A stretch of DNA of 64,000 bases from a virus (IMGVR_UViG_3300021426_000065:103173-167172), one strand, 5' to 3'; numbered from the stretch's first letter, positions 1-11,550 are shown. Notes: a model not told the origin generated them from the letters alone. Made by a program: numbers and translations.

Positions 1-2
1 TT

Positions 3-1361
3 GATGGAATTACTATTGGTGGATAGGTTGTATATTTTAGCCGTTCTGCCTCTTTACGCGCGGTTAATGCGAGTGTTTTGTTTAAGAATATTAAAGTTGA
101 AGAAGGAGATGCGGAAACCCCGTGGTGTCCAGCCGATAGTGAAATGAATATTGATAGAACTATTATTGAAGATAGTAGTGGATATAATCATAATGGTACT
201 ATTGTTGGCTCTGCTGTTTCCGCGGCCGATACCGCGCGATATGGTGTAAGCACGCATATAGATGGCGCTGGTGTTATTACCGCGACCTCTCCTGGCGCAG
301 ATATTCGTACATTAAGTTGTTGGGTAAAAACAACAAAAAATAAATCTACTTCTCAAATGCTTGTTGCTGATTCTGGTTCAAATATGTGTATTTCTTTTTA
401 TAGTGGAACAATTATTGGTGTGTTTGGTACTACACGAAGCACTGGCAGTAAATGCACGCTTGGGGCGTCTTATAAAGAAAATGATTGGAATCATATTGTA
501 GTCGTAAAAACAAGTGATGATGGTAAGCGTGACATCTACTGCAATGGAGAGAAGCTTACTCCTGCGGCGGATGATTATTGGAGCGCAACAGCCGGATTCT
601 TTGTTGGAAATAGAAATGGCACGGTTAGTGGAAATACCCCGTTCTTTGGATATATATCTGATGTTCGTGCGTATTGTACTCAATTACTTGACACAGACAT
701 AAAATAGTTGTATAATGTTGGTATGAAGGTGGATAAAAAATAGAATATTCACGCTTTTGAGTTTAATGAAACCGCGGGGAGAACATAGTTTTTAAAAACT
801 GGCGTAATAAAAAGTGCGCAAGTCGCAGATAATTTATTATTTGACAATAAAGCACATATTGGGAAGCATAGCTATGAAAATATATTGCCAAATAATGTAA
901 ATATAGTAACGACAAAAAATGGGCATATAACTAATCAAAACACACTTGCATCTATTCCCGCGGCAAAAATACAATCGCTCGCTGGAAAAACATTACGTTT
1001 TACTTATGATGTTAAAGCAGATGGTACTAGAAGTTCTGCTGAAAATAATCAAACAGCATGGAATTATATTAGATATGGAATACATGCTACTTTTTAGTAT
1101 ACAAATGCATCTGGTACTACTGGTACATCGTATCCATTTGCTGGTGATTTAGCATATAGCGGCGCGGCAAAACGTAGCACACAAACATGGACAGTTCCAG
1201 CCGGATATTAGTCATATGGGGCGTTAGGCTTTTCCATATAGACTTTTGATAAACCGGCATCTACAAATAATGAAACATGGTTTATATAGAATGTTAGATT
1301 AGAAGTTATAGATAATACAATTGATGGGTACATTACTGGTACTCAACTTATAGAAAAATAA
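3..1361 (+). CDS. Tail-fibre-like structural protein, 5' truncated by the window edge. The frame is open through several in-frame TAG codons and ends at TAA 1359-1361.
   Basis: One frame stays open across track ORFs 78..707 and 885..1097 and is interrupted only by TAG. Gly/Thr/Ser-rich fibre-like composition. A Shine-Dalgarno site and the ATG of the next gene follow. Confidence 0.55.
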
Positions 1362-1373
1362 GGAGGGAAATCA

Positions 1374-4300
1374 ATGGCGGTCTTAAAGGATACATTAGTG
1401 TAGGGAAGTGCAAGAGTCACTGATACCCTCTATACAACAAATATTGCGGGTGGCAAAATTATTTAGCCAATTACTTGGACCGCGGATGGCTTGCCAGAAA
1501 AAGGTAGCAGTGCAGAGTTTTTTCTCGCGATTGATTCTTTTTAGAATGGTGGAAAAACATATTGGGTAAGTAAGGCTAATACGTTAAGTGCTATCGGCGC
1601 GGCTACGAGTGGGCATAATCATAATACCACTTATTTAAGACTTGATGGCTCCAATATTATGACTGGTACATTAGCTATAAAACCAGCATCAGGTGAAGGT
1701 GGAGAATTACATTTGTGTGCATCTACTGCAAATGCAACAGAAGCCGGAATAGTTTTAGACCATTTAAGTAATTCTTTACGTATTTTTGGTATAGCTTCTG
1801 CAGATGGAACAACTAAAACCGGCGTTGGAACACCATTAGTTATTGATCCATATGCTAAGACAATTACTGGCGGCTATACAATTACTGGCGCATTAACAGG
1901 GCACGCTTCTAGCGATTTAGCTTTAACCGGCGGAAAAATGACTGGCCGTATTTATCGTGAAGGGGTTGCCTCAAATTGGCACAAAGGACGCGATAATTCA
2001 TTAGTAGCAATTAGTACTAAAAATGGTTATAGCCCATTAGCTTCAATGAAAACTACTAATGGCTCTTGGGAAATTGGTACTTATGATAATTCTTCTTTTA
2101 CAGACGACCTGTTATTTACATATATTACAGATACTTTATATAATGGTTCAACCGCAACAACGTCTGCTCAATTACGATTCTATGAAACTGGTGGGGCATT
2201 ATTTACTGGTTAGACTACTGTTGAGTATAATCCAAATGGCGTAAACGCTACTGCAAAAGGTATGATTAATTTAACCTCAAGCGCACCAGCAACTGTGGTG
2301 GTAAGTGGCACTTATTCTTGGGGTATTAATCATTTAGTTCCTAATTTAGCTAGCGGTGCCCATACATGTTTAATTACTGGTATGGGGGATAGTACAAACA
2401 ATTCTGCCGTACTAGAATTTAATTATGTAGGTTCCAATCACGCAGATAATAGTGTTGGCTTAGGATTATATGGTAATAATTAGTTATTAACAATTAATAA
2501 AGCCGGCACAGTAAAAATTAAAGCCACTACGGCATCAACCTCTTCTACAACTGGTGCACTGGTAGTTGGCGGCGGTATAGGTACTGGCGCGGCGTCATAT
2601 TTAACTGGTAGTGTTCATATTACGGGCACTGCAGGTAGCAATGCGCTTATAGTACGCGGAATTTCTGGGTGTTATGAAGATGGTAATCGTGGCGATCCAG
2701 CAACTCAACCAGAAAATACCGCTCTATATCTTAATTTAAATAATGGTCCAATATATCTTGGTAGCGGCTCTACTACTGCATCAGATGTTATATATATGCA
2801 ATATGCACAGGATGCTAGTTCTTCTGCTACTGGTGCGGTTCGTATTGGTGGTGGCTTGGGCGTAGCAAAAAAAATCTATGCTGGCTCTACTATAAGTGCT
2901 CCTAACTTTATTGCAACGCATACTGCTGGTGGTAGCAGCGAATTTAAAGTATAGTATAGTAGTACAATTAGTTATTGGTGGGGTGTTGGTACTGCTAATG
3001 AAAATCACGGTTTATATGATGATAAAGCAAATAAGTGGATTATACTTGCTGGCGCGGCTAATACTTGGAGTTTTGATGGAAATGCTACAACCGCGACAAC
3101 TGCTTCTAAATTAACAAATTTTAAAGTTACCACAAACACGAATCTCGGTGTTGATGCTCCTAGTACTAATGCTATTGGTTATGTTTCTGGTCTTACAAAA
3201 GCGAATTGGAACTATTAGCAAACTGATGGTTCATTATATACACAATTTTATAATGCTAGTTGGATTAGTGAAATATTCCAAGATTATAGAACTGGTTAGT
3301 TAAGCGTTCGCGGGAAAAATAATGGTACTTGGCAATCTTGGCGCAGAATTTTAGATGAAACTAATGGCGCAACTATTTTAGGATTAAGTAATTATCGTGC
3401 TAATACATAGCCAAAATCAGGGGCTTGGTTCACGGGTACACCAGTAGTCGGCACAGATGGTGTAACAGAAGTCGGTAAATATATAGATTTCCATAGCACT
3501 AATGATGGCACATCAGATTATGATGCTCGCATCACTGCTTCAACAAGTGGATTAACTCTTTCTGGCACTACAACTGGCACATTTAGTGGTAATTTAACTG
3601 GTAATGCAAGTGGCACCGCCTCAAATGTAACCGGCACTGTCACAACTACGCACGGTGGTACAGGAATTACAACCTACACTGTCGGTGATATTTTATATTG
3701 TAGTGCGGCTAATACATTATCAAAACTCGCAAAAGGCACAGCGGGCCAATTTTTGAAAATGGGTACTGCTAATGTACCAATATGGGGTGAGGGCAGTGAA
3801 GTTACTTTAAATGGTACCCCAACTACTACACCAAGTTTTTATGCCCCAACGTAGGGTGGAACAGCCAACCATATATTAAAATCTGGCGGCGTTGGCGCAG
3901 AACCAGTATGGGACCCAAATGTTACTGTTAATGCAAATGGTGGATTAAGCGCGACGACCATTTTTACAGATAATATTTATCAAAAAACGAGTTGGGCGAA
4001 TGGTGCTCCAACAACTAATCAATAGAAAGTAATGTTTGAATTAGATGATTCAACTGGTTCTAACTTAATTACATACTTTTATAATAGATATTATCCAGAT
4101 TCTACTACTTCTAGAACTGGCTTATAGGTCAGCGCGCCAATAGCCAATACTGAAACTACTACTTATTTTGAATTATCAATTAACGCAGATGGTACGACAA
4201 AACGCACTTATACTGACGCACAAATCTATGGTGCTGTATGGAACGACTATGCCGAATATCGTAAACAAGCATATAAAATAACCCCCGGCCACGTTGTAAT

Positions 4301-4646
4301 AGATTTGGATAATGGTTTGGTTATATAGACAGAATAGCGCTTAATGCCTGGCGCACAAGTAGTATCAGATACCTTCGGATTTGCTATTGGCGAAAATGAT
4401 GAGTGTAAAACTCCGCTCGCGGTTTCTGGTAGGGTACTTGTTTATCCATATCGTAATCGTTATGAATATCACGCTGGTATGGCAGTATGTTCTGCGCCGA
4501 ACGGTACAGTAGATATAATGACGCGAGAAGAAATAAAAGAATACCCAGATGCGATTGTTGGCATTGTTAGTGAGATACCACAATATGAAGAATGGGGCGA
4601 AAAACCAGTCAAAGTTGATGGGCGTATTTGGATTAAAGTAAAATAA
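1374..4646 (+). CDS. Large tail fibre or receptor-binding protein of about 1090 codons with at least 14 in-frame TAG sense codons.
   Basis: AAGGAGGG Shine-Dalgarno then ATG at 1374. Track ORFs 1659..2213, 2262..2483 and 4344..4646 share one frame and are separated only by TAG. Repetitive G/T/S-rich fibre motifs. Ends at TAA. Confidence 0.6.
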
Positions 4647-4715
4647 TTAAAATATTCAATTTATTTTATTATATACATACATATAAATAGGACAATAGTC
4701 CGAGGAGGTAATATT

Positions 4716-5066
4716 ATGTTAAAATTAGTTCTAAATGAAGATTTCGTGCATGGCATTGATATTGATAACTATAATCAATCTACCGTATTAAGCATTACTA
4801 ACTATTCCACCCATAGTACCAGTATTACTTTTGTAACTCGTGCAGATTCAATTGCTAACATTATGGCTTTTGAGAATACGCCAATTACTAGCCTACGTAT
4901 TCGTGATGACGCGGGAGAAACACTACTTAATCTAAATCTAGCAGATAAAAATGTATATGTACTAAATTATAACACTAACATTTATAATGGTGGACAGAAC
5001 ACAAGCGTTAGTCTTGGACAGGTTGCCGTGGCGGCGCCAGAAAATAGTGAAGGAGAAGGAGAATAA
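4716..5066 (+). CDS. Hypothetical protein.
   Basis: ORF with Shine-Dalgarno, TAA stop, followed by a terminator hairpin. Confidence 0.5.
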   Translation: MLKLVLNEDFVHGIDIDNYNQSTVLSITNYSTHSTSITFVTRADSIANIMAFENTPITSLRIRDDAGETLLNLNLADKNVYVLNYNTNIYNGGQNTSVSLGQVAVAAPENSEGEGE

Positions 5067-5083
5067 TCCTTCTCCTCTTTTTA
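5051..5083 (+). terminator. Rho-independent terminator hairpin.
   Basis: aggagaagga / tccttctcct stem followed by a T-run. Confidence 0.5.
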
Positions 5084-5095
5084 AGGGGTGATATT

Positions 5096-5299
5096 ATGGC
5101 GCATAAAATGACAAAACGTGGTAATATAGATAATGTAATTACTTACGAACATTTCTGTGATACCAAAGCCGACATGGCGGATATAGACCCAAATGAAATT
5201 AATCTTGGTTCTGTCTGCGTGGTTCTTGCTGATGAATCCGCAGGTGGAGCCTTAAACTTTTATCTTGCAAAATCTGATAAGACTTGGGTTCAAGCGTAA
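5096..5299 (+). CDS. Hypothetical protein.
   Basis: ORF with Shine-Dalgarno GGGGTGA, TAA stop. Confidence 0.45.
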   Translation: MAHKMTKRGNIDNVITYEHFCDTKADMADIDPNEINLGSVCVVLADESAGGALNFYLAKSDKTWVQA

Positions 5300-5311
5300 G
5301 GAGGGAATAGT

Positions 5312-7300
5312 ATGGATATAGTTGATATTATTCTCGCGCGCGCAAAGTCTTTTACAGGAGAAACCGCCACTCTAACTCGTCAAGCCCAGCAAGCCATGAC
5401 GGATGCTAATAATATTGTAGATACACTAAGCGATATTCAAGCCGACACAGAGGCCGCGAATACCGCCGCGAATGAGGCGTCTGCCAAAGCAACGGCAGCA
5501 GCCGCAGAGTTTGATGAAATGAAAGCAGACCTTGAAGCCGCGGCAGCCACATTAGTAGACGACCGCGTAGAATAGGCCATGGGCACAGCAACCGACGATA
5601 TTGCGGACTTACAAACCAGAACAACCGCATTAGAAAATCAAATTGAAAACGCCGGTGGCACCATTACTTTTACCGATAATAATACGGCCGCGGCAAAAAT
5701 TAAGCAAGCAAACGTAACCAAAAACGGCGCTACCACAACCTATGTTGTAGAAAAGAATTATACAACCTATGGCGATAATGAGGACGGCTCTATGACACAG
5801 AAGGCGATTAAAAATTACGTCTCTGATGTTAAATCTAATTTAGAAAGTCAAATCCGTACTTCTGGCGGTGGTGGAAACACTAACCTTGGTGATGATAATG
5901 CGGGCCAAGTGGTTATTGTTGGCCCAGATGGCAATATCACCGCTGGCGATACAACAGAATAGTCTATAATTGAAGCACTAATTCGCGCGGGCGTATACCA
6001 AGCGAAAAACGCAGTTGGCACTTCGATAGACTATGAAAATAAAAACATTGGCCGCACATAGGAAGCGACCGCGAATACAGATTTTAATGATTATATCATG
6101 TATAATGGCCGCAGACGTTGTAATGTAAATGATGACGGCATAATAACTGCGTTTTATGGCGATGCTAATTATAAAGAAGATGGCAGTAATGGACAAGTTA
6201 TGGTATATCAACCTAAGTTCTATTATCAGCGCATTCCAATTAATACTACTAATTCTATTGTCGGTAAAATTATTCGTAAAGAATCTTTAATTATTTCTGC
6301 GACCAAACAATCAGGCTTCAAACTACATCCCGCGTTTATAGATGAAAATGGCAACGAACTTGAATATATACTTATTTCTGCCTATGAAGGATGCGCTTAT
6401 GACACTTCCGCAGGAAGTTATATTAAAGATGACGCGGCTGGTATTGATTTCGCGGCCGATAAGTTATCTTCTATCGCCGGAGCTAAACCACTAAGCGGTG
6501 AAAAAAATAATTTAACAATCGCAAACGCAGAAAAATTAGCGCAAAACCGCGGAGACAGATGGCATATCACAAGCATTAAAGCATGTAGTGTAGACCAAAT
6601 GTTGGCTCTTGTAGAATATGGTACCTTTAATATACAAAACGCAATCGAGAACGGCGTTAGTTATCTTGAAAACTCATATACTGTAAATCGCGCTTGCATT
6701 ACTGGTTCTACCGCGGAGTTAGGCAATAGTTCTGGTGCGGCAACACGTAGTAGTAACCTTGTTAATGGCACAACAAACACATATGGAGAAGCAGGTAAAC
6801 GTTCCATTTCTTACCGTGGCGAAGAAAATCCATTCGGTAATATTTGGAAGTTCATCGGTGATGTCAATATCTTTGGTGACGGCAATGTGTAGGGCGGCGT
6901 TCCATATATTTGTAAAAATTATAATTACTCTGATTCTATTACTGCCGACTATGAAAGTGTTGGTATTAGCTTACCAAATACAAGCGATTGGATTTCTGGT
7001 ATGGGCTATGGCGATGAAAAATATGATTGGCTATTTATCCCAGCCGAAGCATCAAATGCAAATAGCGCTACGCCGATAAGCGACTATATTTGGATAACAA
7101 AAAATGTCAATAAGATTCAATCTATGGCGTTTGGCGGCGACTGGCTATTCACACAACGCAATGGCATGTTCTTCTATGCTTGCGACCGCGATATGGATTA
7201 CGCCGCGTCCACATTTGGCGCACGTCTTGTTTATATACCACTTAAAGATAGTGTCCATGATACTAACTATGCCCTATGGCGTAACAAAGTGGGAGGTTGA
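5312..7300 (+). CDS. Coiled-coil tail-fibre-like structural protein, about 660 codons, read through 4 in-frame TAG codons.
   Basis: Track ORFs 5312..5575, 5579..5962, 6098..6892 and 7001..7300 share one frame and are joined only across TAG. Shine-Dalgarno GGAGGG before 5312. Ends at TGA. Confidence 0.55.
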
Positions 7301-7305
7301 TAATT

Positions 7306-7551
7306 ATGATTAATTATGGCAAAGTATAGAGCTTGAATCAGCCTCAATCAACAGAAATTAAAGAAGATAAAGTATTTATAGCATCTAATATTACGCCCTA
7401 TACCACTACTGTTGAAGATAAAGAAGAAAGTGGATATGAATATGATTATGTTGAATACAGTAAAGATGAATACATAATGTTACTTTTTGAAAAGTCTCAA
7501 CAGCTTGAAGAAGAACTAGCCGCGGCAAAAGTTCTATTGGGGGTGGAGTAA
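7306..7551 (+). CDS. Small acidic protein with one in-frame TAG.
   Basis: GGGAGGT Shine-Dalgarno 8 nt upstream of ATG 7306. An in-frame TAG at 7327 precedes track ORF 7333..7551. Confidence 0.5.
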
Positions 7552-7554
7552 TAT

Positions 7555-7965
7555 ATGACATTACTTGAATTAGCGCGTAAATTACGCCCCTACATAGAGA
7601 AAGCCGCGCTTTCTCTTGATGACGCAGATGCATTAGAAGCACCAAACTTATTTCCTAATTGGACGGCGGATAAAGCAGATGGATATAAAGTAGATGAACG
7701 CGTAAGATATGACAATGTTTTATATAAATGCTTATAGGCCCATATACCACAAGAGGCGTGGACCCCAGTGGCCGCGACCAGCTTATGGGCAAAAGTATTA
7801 ATTCCGGATGAAAATACCATTTATAATTGGGAGCAACCAGAATCAACTAACGGCTATAAAATTGGCGATAAAGTTAGATTTGAAGGAAAAGTATATGAAT
7901 CTGTAATTGATAATAATATATGGTCTCCCGCCGGTTATCCTGCTGGATGGAAAGAAGTACCTTAA
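7555..7965 (+). CDS. Protein with a CBM5/12-like (chitin-binding type 3) carbohydrate-binding motif and one in-frame TAG.
   Basis: Track ORFs 7555..7737 and 7768..7965 share a frame. The sequence YKVDERVRYDNVLYKCL-TAG-AHIPQEAWTP resembles the ChtBD3 motif YKCLQPHT...W.P, placing TAG at a position that is Q in Bacillus ChiA1 (recalled from memory). Confidence 0.55.
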
Positions 7966-7968
7966 TAT

Positions 7969-7997
7969 TTGACTTTTTTGGATTTTTATGATATAAT
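7969..7997 (+). promoter_or_regulatory. Sigma-70 consensus promoter of the repeated TTGACT-N17-TATAAT family, with extended -10 TATG.
   Basis: TTGACT 7969-7974 and TATAAT 7992-7997, spacer 17 nt. Confidence 0.6.
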
Positions 7998-8087
7998 ATT
8001 TATAGTGAAAGGGGAGAAAATAAAGTCTCCTCTTTCACAAATAAAACACAGGATAGGAACTGTGGAATTATAAGGAGAGGAACTTAT

Positions 8088-8426
8088 ATGAAGTTTTATA
8101 GTGAAAAGTTAAACCGTCTTTATGATAGTCAGGCGGAATGTGAAAAGGCTGAGTTTGAAGCAAAGGAAGCCGAAAATCGCGAGAAGATTCTCGCAGAGCG
8201 TAAGGCCGCGGAGGCCAAGGCGCAGAAGGAAAAGGAAGCCGCGGAACGCAAGATGATGGCCGCGGAAGTAGATGAAGCGTACAAGGCTATGGTTGCTGCG
8301 CAGAATGCGTATAAGACAAAGCTCGAAGCGTTTGTTAAGAAATATGGTTCTTACCACACTTCTCTAACTACAAAAGACATCCCTAGTCTTTTTGATATTT
8401 TCAATCCTTTTCTATTCAATCTATAA
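8088..8426 (+). CDS. Lys/Glu/Ala-rich coiled-coil protein.
   Basis: ORF with Shine-Dalgarno AAGGAGAGG, TAA stop, and a GC hairpin just after. Confidence 0.5.
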   Translation: MKFYSEKLNRLYDSQAECEKAEFEAKEAENREKILAERKAAEAKAQKEKEAAERKMMAAEVDEAYKAMVAAQNAYKTKLEAFVKKYGSYHTSLTTKDIPSLFDIFNPFLFNL

Positions 8427-8451
8427 GATTGAAGGGGCGTAAGCCCCGTAA

Positions 8452-8523
8452 TGAGGTATGGCCAAGTCGGTAAGGCACGAGACTTTGACTCTCGGATCGT
8501 TGGTTCAAGTCCAGCTACCTCAG
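8452..8523 (+). tRNA. tRNA-Gln, anticodon UUG.
   Basis: Perfect 7-bp acceptor stem tgaggta/tacctca. Anticodon stem cgaga/tctcg with loop ctTTGac. T arm gttgg-ttcaagt-ccagc. Confidence 0.7.
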
Positions 8524-8529
8524 TTATAT

Positions 8530-8617
8530 GAAAATGTGGCCGAGTGGCTTAAGGCGGCGGTCCTGAAAACCGTTGACCCGAGAGGGTCCGTAGGTTCAAA
8601 TCCTACCATTTTCGCCA
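8530..8617 (+). tRNA. tRNA-Ser, anticodon UGA, class II, with encoded CCA. Position 33 is C rather than U.
   Basis: Acceptor gaaaatg/cattttc. Long variable arm. Loop ccTGAaa. T arm gtagg-ttcaaat-cctac. G73 then CCA. Confidence 0.65.
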
Positions 8618-8640
8618 GTAGTGCCCAACACGCCTCTTAA

Positions 8641-9010
8641 TATGCGGACCACGTTGGGACATTATACGGGTTCTTCTCGCGGCCGCCCACCATGGGAAAG
8701 AGAAGCGAGCGTTCCGGCAGGCTTACGTGTAAACGCCGCTAGGAGTGCATCCCCTACAATAAAGTTGTTCTAGAGCAATAGATGCCGGTTTTCATAAGGG
8801 CCGTTATTTTTACTTATGATAGGGTGACATCAACCTATAAATCGTGGTCGTGGTGAACGGCATAGACAATCCGCACGGGTTATGCACGTAATAACATACG
8901 CAAGCGCACCGCGAGATTGTACGCACGCGATAAATAGCAACGCGAGCTATTTTCGCACTCTACCTTTCCACTTATATTAGGACTCCCAACCCTTGCGGTG
9001 GAAAGGTAGT
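8641..9010 (+). ncRNA. Unassigned GC-rich structured RNA block ending in a 12-bp hairpin (ctacctttccac / gtggaaaggtag).
   Basis: No ORF. GC content near 54% against about 35% for the genome. Multiple hairpins. Lies between a tRNA and a promoter. Confidence 0.3.
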
Positions 9011-9017
9011 TTAATAT

Positions 9018-9046
9018 TTGACTTATAATAAAAATTATGTTATAAT
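9018..9046 (+). promoter_or_regulatory. Sigma-70 consensus promoter, family copy.
   Basis: TTGACT 9018-9023, TATAAT 9041-9046, 17-nt spacer. Confidence 0.55.
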
Positions 9047-9070
9047 TTTTATAGAAACGGAGGGATAGGT

Positions 9071-9181
9071 TATGAAAAAGAACGAAAATGTGCAGATTTA
9101 TCTTGACGTAGAAGAAGAAATGGTTGAATGGTATTTTTTAGATGAACTTGGAATTGAAGCAGAAGTTTACGAAGATTAATA
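9071..9181 (+). CDS. Small acidic protein of 36 aa.
   Basis: Promoter, Shine-Dalgarno GGAGGG and ATG. Paralogous to the next small ORF. Confidence 0.4.
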
Positions 9182-9237
9182 TTTGACTAGAAATAAAAAT
9201 TATGATATAATAAATATGTTGAAAGGGGATAAGAAAG

Positions 9238-9366
9238 ATGATGGATGAAATTACTTGGTTATATCTGCATCAGGTGTATCTTTTCAAAGATGAAGATGAA
9301 TTTCAAGATTATCTTGATTATGTAAACTCTGAAGAAGAAATACTTGACACAGAAGAAAAATCGTGA
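9238..9366 (+). CDS. Small acidic protein of 42 aa, paralogue of 9071..9181.
   Basis: Own promoter copy at 9176, Shine-Dalgarno GGGGATAAG, shared YLD..EEE motifs. Confidence 0.4.
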   Translation: MMDEITWLYLHQVYLFKDEDEFQDYLDYVNSEEEILDTEEKS

Positions 9367-9395
9367 TATAATAAGTAAGGAAAGGCGGTAAGAGT

Positions 9396-9635
9396 ATGTA
9401 CACTTGGCATCCTGAATCTTGGAGTAAGCAAGCGCGAAATATGAGCAACAATGAGATTTGGTCTGTTAATAACGGATGGACTACTATTGAAGGCGCAATA
9501 CGTTTTTTCTCTAATTCTTATCGCGCCCCAATTATTCGACAGCGCGCGGCGAAGCGCTTCGGCCGCTATGTGCGTGCGGGTAAGGTAAAGAATAATTGGG
9601 AAGAATATTATAAGCATTATCCTGATGAAAAGTAA
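9396..9635 (+). CDS. Hypothetical protein of 79 aa.
   Basis: Track ORF, Shine-Dalgarno AAGGCGG, TAA stop. Confidence 0.45.
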   Translation: MYTWHPESWSKQARNMSNNEIWSVNNGWTTIEGAIRFFSNSYRAPIIRQRAAKRFGRYVRAGKVKNNWEEYYKHYPDEK

Positions 9636-9636
9636 T

Positions 9637-9709
9637 GGGGATGTAGCTCACTTGGTAGAGCAATTGCCCTGCAAGCAATAGGTAGTGTGTTCAAATCACA
9701 TCATCTCCA
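9637..9709 (+). tRNA. tRNA-Ala, anticodon UGC. Position 33 is C.
   Basis: The G3:U70 Ala identity pair is present. Anticodon stem attgc/gcaat, loop ccTGCaa. T loop ttcaaat. Confidence 0.75.
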
Positions 9710-9836
9710 TGACGCCGCGAGGATGACTGAGCGACGGCAATGAAGCGGAGTCATGACCGCATCGCTTTCCCGAGATACTGATAACATCAACTCGTTAAAG
9801 GTTGAAATAGAACCGTAATACGGATGTTATACGCGT

Positions 9837-9912
9837 AGCAGACAGGACAAACGGCTAAGTCACTAGGCTCATAACCTAAGAGGACCGAGTTCAACTCTCG
9901 GGTCTGCCACCA
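9837..9912 (+). tRNA. tRNA with anticodon CAU (Met, or Ile via lysidine), with an A1-C72 mismatch and encoded CCA.
   Basis: Anticodon stem ctagg/cctaa (four pairs plus a C27·A43 mismatch), loop ctCATaa. T arm ccgag-ttcaact-ctcgg. Acceptor (a)gcagac/gtctgc(c) then A CCA. Confidence 0.65.
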
Positions 9913-10100
9913 GGGCCAGCACTGCCCGAAATAGGTGCCGTGGGGAACGCCAGCGCGGAACTGGTGAGGGCGAATATCATTATCTAAAAGATTTGGTGCA
10001 AGACCAAACCAAGGATGGAGCGTAGAGAGCGCTTTTAGCATTTGATTCTCGGACGCGAGATAGCCCCGCTCAAGGGCGGCCACCCAAGAGCGTAAATTAA

Positions 10101-10169
10101 TACCAGTAGTATAGTGGGAGAATACTCGTCAGGTGGCGAGAGGTATTGGTTCGAATCCAATCTGGTGGT
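10101..10169 (+). ncRNA. tRNA-like element with acceptor-like and D-like stems and a canonical T arm (attgg-ttcgaat-ccaat), but no foldable anticodon arm.
   Basis: Hand folding gives six of seven acceptor pairs and a D stem agt/act with a GGG loop. The 27-43 region does not pair. Confidence 0.3.
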
Positions 10170-11010
10170 GGGTGATCACCTAAAAGCACAGAGTCGAGAG
10201 GCAACGGCTCTCTAAAGAAACACCGAGTCCATTCCATGAAATGGTAAAACTGGATGCATCCCCAGTATAACAAGATGCCGCGTTTATAAGCCGCAAGTTC
10301 GCAATAGCTTATACAGTTGCCCACTCTGTAAAAGGAGGCGCGCCGATAGACCGCAAGTTAAATAGTCTATGGATTGGGGCAATGACAGGACTTTGTGGCA
10401 AACTAAGCCCCACAACAAAAGGGATGGACCACAACGCTGAGGAAAACTGCGTAACAAAAGCGGTAGACATCCTAACAAGAATGTTACGACGTATAGGACA
10501 AGGCTCCACCAAAATAGATGGGAAGCGCTATACAGGTGCCCAAATGACGCAGTAGAAGTTTGAAGGCTTCTAGCCGTATAGCTAACGGTGTGTAACGTAA
10601 GAATGGGTTAAATGGAGTTTGAAGAACAGCCAACGCGCAAACTGAAAGGATAGGTATACGTCCATGTTGCTCGGCGCATTATAAAAGAGGAGCAAAATAA
10701 TGAGCTTTCAGCTTCCAGTAAACTGAATACAGTGGTTTTCAGGCTGAAAAGTACTCGGTAGAGCTTACGAGTATAAATAAATGTGAGTCCGCTCATAGAA
10801 GCGGGTTGCGACGAGCAACCAACGTCCACCTAGGGGACGTAATGATTTCTAGGCCGTGGTGAAAAACGGGAAGGCTAAGGAAAATGGATTGGAAGTCCTG
10901 GGCAGCTCTTAGGGTAGCTCCTTAAACTGAAAAACCAAAGCAGTCTCATCTACTGCTCCCGTCACATAGTGTAGCCACTCAGTTGCGGCTGAGTTATCAA
11001 ACCGCATTAT

Positions 11011-11082
11011 GCTCGGTTGGATTAACGGTTAGATCGGCGGCCCTTCAAGCCACAGACATGAGTTCAACTCTCATACCGAGTA
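11011..11082 (+). tRNA. tRNA-Glu, anticodon UUC. Position 33 is C.
   Basis: Acceptor gctcggt/accgagt. Loop ccTTCaa. T arm atgag-ttcaact-ctcat. Confidence 0.6.
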
Positions 11083-11146
11083 CTCTCACCTGAGCAAAAG
11101 CGGTGACTAAACCGATGCGCGGTTGACTGACCTTAAAGTCTTTAAT

Positions 11147-11223
11147 GGTCTCGTAGTGTAATTGGTTAACATCTCCCGCTGTCACCGGGAAGATTACGGA
11201 ATCGTACTCCGTCGAGACCGCCA
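11147..11223 (+). tRNA. tRNA-Asp, anticodon GUC, with a non-canonical T loop (atcgtac) and encoded CCA.
   Basis: Perfect acceptor ggtctcg/cgagacc. Anticodon stem cccg/cggg, loop ctGTCac. G73 then CCA. Confidence 0.65.
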
Positions 11224-11274
11224 ATTATATAACCTCCGCGGTCAGCCCGTTAGACCTAAAATGGCGGGGCACTT

Positions 11275-11347
11275 ACCCGGTTAGCTTAACTGGATAGAGC
11301 ACGCGGCTACGAACCGCGAGACAGGAGTTCAAGTCTTCTACTGGGTA
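11275..11347 (+). tRNA. tRNA-Arg, anticodon ACG.
   Basis: Acceptor acccggt/actgggt. Anticodon stem cgcgg/ccgcg, loop ctACGaa. T loop ttcaagt. Confidence 0.7.
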
Positions 11348-11521
11348 TTGTCGCTCCTTGCGCAGTTCAGAGCGACTCATAAATAGTTAACTGGCACCGC
11401 TAACATGGATTCGTGGGGACGGTCAACTACCACCGACGTGATGAATCATTATTGAGAACACGGTATGTGGCTTAGTGGAAAGCGGTATATAAAAAAGCAA
11501 AGCAACGGTCTCCACCAATAT

Positions 11522-11550
11522 TTGACTTTTACATAAAATTATGATATAAT
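11522..11550 (+). promoter_or_regulatory. Sigma-70 consensus promoter, family copy.
   Basis: TTGACT 11522-11527, TATAAT 11545-11550, 17-nt spacer. Confidence 0.55.

Noticed and set aside
78-707. Treating track ORF boundaries (78..707, 885..1097, 1659..2213 and others) as separate genes
   Set aside because: The fragments share one frame and are separated only by TAG, with no intervening Shine-Dalgarno or start signals. They are pieces of two large TAG-recoded fibre genes.
8530-8617. tRNA-Ser with UGA anticodon as an opal suppressor
   Set aside because: Anticodon UGA reads the UCA serine codon, not the TGA stop. TGA terminates many genes here.
10177-10186. GATCACCT resembling a 16S rRNA 3' end
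   Set aside because: It is an isolated 8-mer without the CCUUA tail or rRNA context, so it is coincidental.
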